Shown here piece by piece: positions 57,275-64,000 of a stretch of DNA of 64,000 nucleotides. How positions within the stretch are numbered: position 1 is the stretch's first letter; each line of letters opens with the position of its first letter. The notes beneath the pieces are model-generated. The model was not told where the DNA came from. It saw only the letters and a list, made by a program, of their open reading frames with translations, and ran no database searches. The stretch lies in NCBI GenBank assembly GCA_963677925.2, contig CAXXYH010000004.1:1600001-1664000 (forward strand), read 5' to 3'. The stretch comes from Spirochaetia bacterium. Lineage in GTDB: Bacteria > Spirochaetota > Spirochaetia > UBA9216. A program made the position numbers and the translations under genes.

Positions 57275-58627
57275 ATGACACAAAGGCAGAGAATACTGTC
57301 GCATATAACCGGAACTCAGGGATTCAAGGCTGCAGTTCTGGTTGTCCTGACACTGATAATGCTTATACCGCTTTCAATGGTAAGATCGCTTATAAACGAG
57401 CGCCTTTACAGGGCTTATGAGGTTAAAAGCGAAATATCCTCTGCTGCCGGCGGAGAATTAAGCTTTGCCGGCCCTGTGCTTAAGATTCCGGGAACCAGAA
57501 GAATTGAACGTGTAATTACTGATGAGAACGGACATAAAAGCAGGGAGTATTATGAAGAGTCCTTTTCGATGTGGTACAGCCCTGAGACTCTTGATGTAAG
57601 TGTTGTGCTTGATACTGAAAACAAATTCAGGGGCATTTTCTACACTCCGGTTTTTACAGGAAGTATAGAAATGAAGGGCAGTTTTAATTTAACGGAGTTA
57701 GAAGCTGATTCTGTAGAAAATGAGGTTCTGTACCCCGAAGAAGCTGAAATAATCATTCCGTTCTTCAATCAGAAGGGAATCAGGGGTGTTTCCGAAGCAG
57801 ACTGGAACGAAACTACACTCAGTTTAAAACCCGGGAGCAGGGGGCTTTCTATCGGAAACGGCGGAATCTACTCGGAGGCTCCTTTGGATGCTGCGTCACT
57901 TGAAAACTCCTGGTTCCATTTCAGTATTCTTGCTGCAGGAGCAGAAAATATAAGGATTCTGCCGCTGGCTTCATCCTCTGAAATCAGTATAGCCGCTGAC
58001 TGGCCGTCACCTTCTTTCAGCGGCTTTTCTCTTCCTGCAGAACATAACATCAGTGACGCCGGCTTTACTGCCGTCTGGAACTGCAGCAGTCTTTCAAGTG
58101 GCTTGCCGGTGAAATGGGATGACAGAAGAAGCTTTGATGAGTATCAGCTGTATGATGCCGGAATTAATACGGGGCTGATAAATATCCATGACCACTATGA
58201 GCAGAACGAAAGAGCGGCAAAATATGCTGTACTGTTTATTCTGATACCCTTCATCACACTGTTTCTGTTCGAGCATTTTTTTAAGCGCCGGATTCATGTT
58301 ATTCAGTACATACTCGCCGGGATCGCGAATATAATATTCTATCTTTTATTGCTCTCGATGTCCGAGCATATCAGCTTTAATCTCTCCTACCTTGTATCCG
58401 CAGCCTCGGTTACCATCATGCTGTGTCTGTACACCTTTTCAGTTCTGAAAGGCGATAAAAAGGCATGGTATATGGCACCGGTAATGACTGCTGTTTACCT
58501 GTTTCTTTTTATTGCACTTCAGTCGGAAGACTGGTCGCTTCTCATCGGTTCGGTCGGTGTTTTTGCAATCACGGGCTTTCTCATGTTTATTACCCGTAAA
58601 ATCGACTTCTATAAGTCCGGGGAATAA
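57275..58627 (+). CDS. creD: Inner membrane protein CreD
   Basis: LIPL...LINER, GPVL, RGIF, WPSPSFSG..LP, ERAAKYA, HVIQY, LLLSMSEH, LMFITR. Confidence 0.9.
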   Translation: MTQRQRILSHITGTQGFKAAVLVVLTLIMLIPLSMVRSLINERLYRAYEVKSEISSAAGGELSFAGPVLKIPGTRRIERVITDENGHKSREYYEESFSMWYSPETLDVSVVLDTENKFRGIFYTPVFTGSIEMKGSFNLTELEADSVENEVLYPEEAEIIIPFFNQKGIRGVSEADWNETTLSLKPGSRGLSIGNGGIYSEAPLDAASLENSWFHFSILAAGAENIRILPLASSSEISIAADWPSPSFSGFSLPAEHNISDAGFTAVWNCSSLSSGLPVKWDDRRSFDEYQLYDAGINTGLINIHDHYEQNERAAKYAVLFILIPFITLFLFEHFFKRRIHVIQYILAGIANIIFYLLLLSMSEHISFNLSYLVSAASVTIMLCLYTFSVLKGDKKAWYMAPVMTAVYLFLFIALQSEDWSLLIGSVGVFAITGFLMFITRKIDFYKSGE

Positions 58628-58678
58628 CCGGCTACGGCAGGCCCCCTCCAGCCTGTTTGACATATCCTCTCTATCTTT

Positions 58679-58722
58679 GCAGGTTCGGTTTCAGCTGAAA
58701 GCCGGGCCTGCTTCTTTTTTTT
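58679..58722 (+). terminator. Intrinsic terminator after creD
   Basis: GCAGGTTCGG.../...CCGGGCCTGC stem followed by T8. Confidence 0.7.
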
Positions 58723-58854
58723 GAGGCTCTGTTATAGCTCTAATTAATTCTTGATAAATTTCTAATAAATCGACATTTTTTATCTTTACTCAGCTGAAAT
58801 TACTGTGTATTGTCTATTGATTTCTACAAAAACCAGAATTGGGGGTACTTCAAT

Positions 58855-60114
58855 ATGAATCTTGATACATACGAAATGTATGAAAGCAATGTAAGATCTT
58901 ATTGCCGCAAATTCCCGACTGTGTTCAACACAGCAAAGAATGCTTTCCTGATCGATGAACAGGGAAAGAAATACATAGATTTCCTCTCAGGTGCCGGAAG
59001 TCTGAATTATGGTCATAATAATGACGCAATCAAGGACCGGGTTATAGAATACCTGCAGAGAGACGGAATTATTCATGGTCTGGATATGTTCTCTACGGCT
59101 AAAGGCGAGTTTATTGAATATCTTGAAGAGAAAATTCTAAAACCCCGCGGTCTGGAATATAAGATCCTCTTTCCCGGTCCTACCGGAACCAATTCCGTTG
59201 AGGTAGCATTAAAGCTTGCCAGAAAGATTAAAAAACGGACAAATATATTCGCACTTATGGGCGGGTTTCACGGAATGACACTCGGTTCGCTCAGCCTCTG
59301 CACCGAGAGGGCTGCAAGGGATGCCGCCGGTGTTCCTCTAGGAAATGTTACGCATATTCCGGCTCCCGGTATGTTTGAAAATTTCGACACAATCCATTAT
59401 ATGGAAACCCTTCTGACAAACGATCACAGCGGAGTCGATAAGCCGGCAGCACTAATCGTTGAGGCCGTTCAGGGTGAGGGCGGGGTGAATGTTATTCCTT
59501 CGGAATGGCTCAAAGCTGCAAGGGATTTCTGTGACAGACACGATATCCTGCTTATTCTCGATGAAATTCAGATGGGATGTGCCAGAACCGGCCGGTTCTT
59601 CTCTTTTGAAAGGGCAGGAATTGTTCCTGATATTGTTGTTCTTGCCAAATCAATTGGCGGCGGCATAGGCATGCCGTTCGCGCTTACTCTGCTTAAGCCG
59701 GAACTCGATGTTTTCTCACCTGGAGAGCATAACGGAACTTTCCGCGGTTTTCAGCTTGCTATGGTGGCAGGCAAGGCCGGTCTGGAGTTCGCCCTTGAAA
59801 ACAACATTGAAGATGAGACGGAGCGAAAAGGGGCGATGGTTGAAGCTTTTCTGAAAGAGACTGTTCCAACCCTCAGCCGGAAACTGGATTATCGGGGAAT
59901 CGGTCTTATCTGGGGTATTAACTTTGATAAATATCCCTCAGGCACAGCCAAGCTTGCAAGCCGGGCATGTTTTGAGCGCGGTCTTATTATTGAGCTTGCA
60001 GGAACCGATGACTGTGTGCTTAAAATAATGCCGCCGCTCACAATTGAAGACGAGACATTAATGCAGGGGCTTGAGATTGTGAAAGAGGGGATAGCCTCGC
60101 TGAATCTTGATTAA
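58855..60114 (+). CDS. ectB: Diaminobutyrate--2-oxoglutarate transaminase (class III PLP)
   Basis: ESNVRSYCR, DFLSGAGSLNYGHN, GPTGTN, QGEGG, DEIQ, AKS, PGEHNGTFRG; start moved to ATG 58855. Confidence 0.85.
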   Translation: MNLDTYEMYESNVRSYCRKFPTVFNTAKNAFLIDEQGKKYIDFLSGAGSLNYGHNNDAIKDRVIEYLQRDGIIHGLDMFSTAKGEFIEYLEEKILKPRGLEYKILFPGPTGTNSVEVALKLARKIKKRTNIFALMGGFHGMTLGSLSLCTERAARDAAGVPLGNVTHIPAPGMFENFDTIHYMETLLTNDHSGVDKPAALIVEAVQGEGGVNVIPSEWLKAARDFCDRHDILLILDEIQMGCARTGRFFSFERAGIVPDIVVLAKSIGGGIGMPFALTLLKPELDVFSPGEHNGTFRGFQLAMVAGKAGLEFALENNIEDETERKGAMVEAFLKETVPTLSRKLDYRGIGLIWGINFDKYPSGTAKLASRACFERGLIIELAGTDDCVLKIMPPLTIEDETLMQGLEIVKEGIASLNLD

Positions 60115-60148
60115 CAGCCTTTTTTGAACTTTAATATTAGCTAATTGC

Positions 60149-60188
60149 AAAAGCCGCATATCTGAAGAAGATCCGCGGCTTTTTTTTT
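60149..60188. terminator. Bidirectional terminator between ectB and the nitroreductase gene
   Basis: AAAAGCCGC...GCGGCTTTT with flanking A/T tracts. Confidence 0.7.
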
Positions 60189-60190
60189 AA

Positions 60191-60715
60191 TTATTCAGGT
60201 TTTACGGTGAACACTTTTGAATAGTCAAGGTCGGCTGGTGTATATGCACGCGGTCTTTCGGCTTCGTATCCTATAGCGATAACCGAATCAATCATCAGAT
60301 CCGCCGGGATTCCCAGAAGGTCTTTCAGCCACTGGTCAGTGGATTTGCCGTCTTCAGCTACCCGATCTCTTCCGTGAATCCAGCAGGAGCCCAGGCCGAG
60401 ACTGTCCGCCTCAAGCTGAAGGATTGTTGCTGCTATTGCAGCGTTTTCAATCCATACATCACCGACTGAAATGTCGGATGTAATGACCACTGCAAGGCTT
60501 GCTGTATCAAGCGCCAGAGTTCCTGCCTGCCGGCATCCCTTCAGCTTTTTTACATCATCCTGTCCATGAACAAAGAAAAATCTGCATGGCTTTTTATTCC
60601 TTGATGTAGGAGCCAGTAAAAGGGCCTGCTGTAATAATTCAATTTTTTCAGGCTCAATTTCAGTATTAGTAAACTTTCTGACGCTTCTTCGTTTATAGAG
60701 TAAATCGATCATCAT
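60191..60715 (-). CDS. Nitroreductase family protein
   Basis: RRSVRKF, LAPTSRN, LGLGSCW, IAIGY. Confidence 0.9.
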   Translation of the reverse strand: MMIDLLYKRRSVRKFTNTEIEPEKIELLQQALLLAPTSRNKKPCRFFFVHGQDDVKKLKGCRQAGTLALDTASLAVVITSDISVGDVWIENAAIAATILQLEADSLGLGSCWIHGRDRVAEDGKSTDQWLKDLLGIPADLMIDSVIAIGYEAERPRAYTPADLDYSKVFTVKPE

Positions 60716-60873
60716 TTTCTCCGCTAAATGTTGTTTGTATATTGCTATTTTAACATATTCCGCAATTTCTAACAGATATTATTGTAGATCGATTTGAGAT
60801 TTATTGATAAAATAGCTGTTTGTTATAAAGGATATGTTTAACGTATTCAATTAAATAAATGGAGGCATTTATA

Positions 60874-62016
60874 ATGAAGAAAATCAGCGTACTTCTTCTT
60901 GTTGCTGTACTTATCAGTGCAGTTGGACTTCCCGTTTTTGCCGGTGGTCAGCAGGATTCAGCCGGAAGCAGCGCACCTATTAAAATCGGTGTTGCAGGCG
61001 CTCACTCAGGTGACCTTGCTTCTTACGGTATTCCTTCAGTTAAGGCTGCAGAACTCGTAGTTGCAGAATGGAATGCAAAGGGCGGCGTGCTCGGCAGACA
61101 GATTGAACTTGTTGTTGAAGACGACCAGTGTAAACCCGAAGTTGCAACAAATACTGCTGCAAAACTTGTAGGCGAAGGCGTAGTTGCCGTTATCGGACAT
61201 ATCTGTTCAGGTGCTACAAAAGCTGCTCTTGGAATCTACAAAGATGAGAACATCATCTGTATCTCACCTTCAGCTACAAATCCGCCTCTTACACAGAGCG
61301 GCGATTATCCTAACTTCTACAGAACTATTGCTCCGGATGATGCCCAGGCCAGACTTGAGGTTGATTTCGCTGCTGATACTCTCGGAATCAAGAAAATTGC
61401 AGTTCTACATGACAAGGGTGACTACGGTAAGGGTCTTGCAGAGTTCGCAAAAGCAATGATCGAATCAGACGGAAAGATGGAAGTCGTTCTTTATGAAGGT
61501 ATCACTGTTGGTGCTGTTGACTACTCAGCTGTAATCAATAAAATCAAGAACTCAGGCGCAGAAGCAATCATCTTCGGCGGTTACCATCCTGAAGCTTCAA
61601 AGCTTATCAGCCAGATCAAAAAGAAAGGTATGGATACTATCTTCATCTCTGATGACGGTGTAAAAGACGATACCTTTATCAAGGTTGCAGGTGAATTTGC
61701 AGAAGGCGTTTACGCAACAGGTCCTATGGATACATCTACAAATGCGCTTACAATGGCTGCTGAAGAAGCTCACAGAACACAGTATGGTGAAGATCCCGGT
61801 GCTTTCTTCCTCAATGCATATGCTGCAACTACTGCAATCCTCAATGCAATTGAAAAAGCCGGTTCAACTGACTATGAAGCAGTTTCAAAAGCTCTTAAGA
61901 GCAATTACGTAGACACAACTCTCGGAAGCATCAGCTTCGACGAGAAGGGTGATGCAATTGGCGTTGGTTTCTCTGTATTCCAGGTACAGAACGGCTCTTA
62001 TGTCGAACTCAAATAG
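60874..62016 (+). CDS. livK: Branched-chain amino acid ABC substrate-binding protein
   Basis: EDDQCKP, VIGHICSGAT, SATNP, HDKGDYGKGLA; start MKKIS after GGAGG. Confidence 0.88.
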   Translation: MKKISVLLLVAVLISAVGLPVFAGGQQDSAGSSAPIKIGVAGAHSGDLASYGIPSVKAAELVVAEWNAKGGVLGRQIELVVEDDQCKPEVATNTAAKLVGEGVVAVIGHICSGATKAALGIYKDENIICISPSATNPPLTQSGDYPNFYRTIAPDDAQARLEVDFAADTLGIKKIAVLHDKGDYGKGLAEFAKAMIESDGKMEVVLYEGITVGAVDYSAVINKIKNSGAEAIIFGGYHPEASKLISQIKKKGMDTIFISDDGVKDDTFIKVAGEFAEGVYATGPMDTSTNALTMAAEEAHRTQYGEDPGAFFLNAYAATTAILNAIEKAGSTDYEAVSKALKSNYVDTTLGSISFDEKGDAIGVGFSVFQVQNGSYVELK

Positions 62017-62024
62017 TTAATCAC

Positions 62025-62048
62025 AGGCGGGCCACCCGGCCCGCTTTT
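62025..62048 (+). terminator. Stem-loop after livK
   Basis: GCGGGCC/GGCCCGC stem followed by TTTT. Confidence 0.6.
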
Positions 62049-62144
62049 ATTTGCAATTATAAAATGTCCTATCCGGATTTCAGAGGATTCGTTGATACCC
62101 TCGACATGAATCCAGCCTCAAATACTTAGAGGAGTAATTCTGTA

Positions 62145-63050
62145 ATGAATACTTATTTTATTGAGCTTTTTCTTGGAGGGCTGACAAGAGGAAGTATTTA
62201 CGCACTGATCGCCCTGGGCTACACAATGGTCTACGGTATTATTCAGCTTATTAACTTTGCCCACGGCGAGATTTACATGATAGGAGCTTTCACTGCCCTT
62301 ATTGTTTCAGGTGCTCTCGCGTTTACAGGACTCCCTCCTGTACTCATTTTTCTAATTGCCGCGGTTGTTGCTATAGTTTATTCAGCAGGCTACGGTATTA
62401 CAATGGAAAAGATAGCTTATAAACCGCTCAGAAACGCACCGCGTCTTTCTGCTCTTATAAGCGCCATCGGAATGTCAATGTTCCTTCAGAACTATGTGCT
62501 TCTTGCCCAGACTTCAGACTTTCAGCCCTTTCCAATCCTTATTCCGGATTTTGGATTCCTGAAACCGATTGAAAATATCATGAATACCACACAGTTCATT
62601 ATCCTCGTGACATCAACTGTAGTAATGATTCTTTTTACATTACTCATTAAATATACAAGAATCGGTAAGGCTATGCGTGCTACTGCGCAGGATAAGGTCA
62701 TGGCTCAGCTTGTAGGTGTCAACATCAATAACGTTATCATGGTTACCTTCCTTCTCGGCTCTGCAACCGCTGCTATCGGCGGTGTTCTGATCAGTTCTCA
62801 TGTAGGACAGATTAACTTCTATATCGGCTTTATTGCCGGTATCAAGGCCTTTGTTGCTGCGGTACTCGGCGGAATCGGAAGTATTCCCGGAGCAGTGCTT
62901 GGAAGTTTTGTTCTTGGTCTGACTGAAAGTTTCGGAACCGGATATATTTCAAGTGACTATGAAGATGTTTTCGCCTTTATCATCCTGATTGTCATCCTCA
63001 TCTTCAGACCTTCCGGACTTCTCGGCAAGGCTCCGAGTAAAAAGGTTTAG
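62145..63050 (+). CDS. livH: Branched-chain amino acid ABC permease
   Basis: YALIALGYTMVYG..INFAHG, GKAMRA, AAVLGGIGS, RPSGL. Confidence 0.93.
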   Translation: MNTYFIELFLGGLTRGSIYALIALGYTMVYGIIQLINFAHGEIYMIGAFTALIVSGALAFTGLPPVLIFLIAAVVAIVYSAGYGITMEKIAYKPLRNAPRLSALISAIGMSMFLQNYVLLAQTSDFQPFPILIPDFGFLKPIENIMNTTQFIILVTSTVVMILFTLLIKYTRIGKAMRATAQDKVMAQLVGVNINNVIMVTFLLGSATAAIGGVLISSHVGQINFYIGFIAGIKAFVAAVLGGIGSIPGAVLGSFVLGLTESFGTGYISSDYEDVFAFIILIVILIFRPSGLLGKAPSKKV

Positions 63051-63059
63051 GGGGATTAT

Positions 63060-64000
63060 ATGTCTGATACTATTAAAGATAACAGCTATAAACTTCTGAC
63101 ACCTGCGGATATTAAGCGTTCGGCAATACTTGCTGTATGGTTTATGTTCCTGACCTTTCCTATTATGGTTATTAAGGTCAATACTGTAACCGATACAGTA
63201 GAGTGGCGATGGGAAAACATGATAATTGTAGGTTTCGCCTCCTTTGTCCTTTCACATGTATGGAAGCTTCTGATCGACCGCAAGAACGGTCTTATCGGGA
63301 AAAAACCTTCTGCGGACAAGGCTGAAACTGTAACCCTCCGGGAACGGATTGGACAGAAGCCTGTGATAGTACGAACCGGAAGCCTTGTGATTCTTGCTTT
63401 TGCGGCAGTTTTTCCATTTATAACCGGCATGTACCAGACCAGTATCATGACCACAGCCCTGCTTTACGTAGTGCTTGCTCTGGGTCTGAATATCGTTGTA
63501 GGTCTTGGCGGTCTGCTTAACCTCTGCTACATAGTTTTCTACGGTGTAGGAGCATACACATATGCGCTTTTAAACCTCCATTTCGGGGTTAATTTCTGGC
63601 TTGCACTGCCTCTAGGCGGTATCTTTGCAGCATTATTCGGAACAATTATAGCAATTCCGGTACTCCGGCTTCGCGGGGACTATCTTGCAATTGTTACACT
63701 GGCTTTCGGTGAGATATTCAGGATTGTTATGGAAAACTGGAATGCTTTCAGTTTCGGTCCCAGTGGAATTGCAAATATCCCCAGGCCATCGCTCCCCGGT
63801 TTTGATTTCGGTCTGAAGCAGTCAACAAACCTCACTTACTACATCATTCTTGTTTTTGTAATCGTAACTATTTTTGTTGTAAGAAGGCTTGAAGATTCAA
63901 GACTGGGCCGAAGCTGGGTTGCTATGCGTGAAGATGAAATTGCAAGTGAGTCAATGGGAATTGATATTGCCAAGGCAAAGCTTGCCGCCTTCGCTCTCGG
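63060..64000 (+). CDS. livM: Branched-chain amino acid ABC permease (runs off the window end)
   Basis: Not in the ORF track because it has no stop in the window; own translation from ATG 63060 gives LGLNIVVGLGGLLNL, LRLRGDYLAIVTLAFGEI, GRSWVAMREDEIA. Confidence 0.9.
   Translation, partial: MSDTIKDNSYKLLTPADIKRSAILAVWFMFLTFPIMVIKVNTVTDTVEWRWENMIIVGFASFVLSHVWKLLIDRKNGLIGKKPSADKAETVTLRERIGQKPVIVRTGSLVILAFAAVFPFITGMYQTSIMTTALLYVVLALGLNIVVGLGGLLNLCYIVFYGVGAYTYALLNLHFGVNFWLALPLGGIFAALFGTIIAIPVLRLRGDYLAIVTLAFGEIFRIVMENWNAFSFGPSGIANIPRPSLPGFDFGLKQSTNLTYYIILVFVIVTIFVVRRLEDSRLGRSWVAMREDEIASESMGIDIAKAKLAAFAL

Noticed and set aside
1-64000. Mobile elements, prophage, defence systems, tRNA/rRNA
   Set aside because: No transposase, integrase, phage, nuclease or structural-RNA signatures were recognised by eye.

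Overview
Gene-dense bacterial chromosomal window, most likely from a free-living anaerobic spirochaete (Spirochaetaceae-like). This assignment is inferred from the repeated 'AFAGGQK/QQ' signal-peptide ends on solute-binding proteins. In order, the window contains: (1) a GntR-led 4-hydroxybutyrate to crotonyl-CoA to acetoacetyl-CoA operon; (2) an M23 peptidase, a MocA-HD protein, an RNA m5U methyltransferase and a FecCD-type ABC importer; (3) a small beta-barrel-like protein and a DUF285/BspA-type lipoprotein; (4) glpK-cls; (5) an inositol catabolic cluster (ABC, two iolG-like genes, LacI, iolE, iolB, iolD) that lacks iolC/iolJ/iolA but is divergently linked to an atypical transaldolase-family gene; (6) a TRAP-kduI-kduD-IclR operon and an L-rhamnose cluster; (7) a five-gene cassette of acidic Ser/Thr-rich small lipoprotein, nucleotidyltransferase, soluble S26 peptidase, HPr-kinase-like protein and PqqD/RRE, resembling an uncharacterised peptide-modification system; (8) coaX-pdxST; (9) a ChvG/ChvI-like two-component system divergent from creD, with phased GCC repeats between them; (10) a stand-alone ectB, a nitroreductase and the start of a liv operon. 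No mobile elements, CRISPR arrays, rRNA or tRNA genes were recognised. All calls come from reading motifs by eye, not from database searches.
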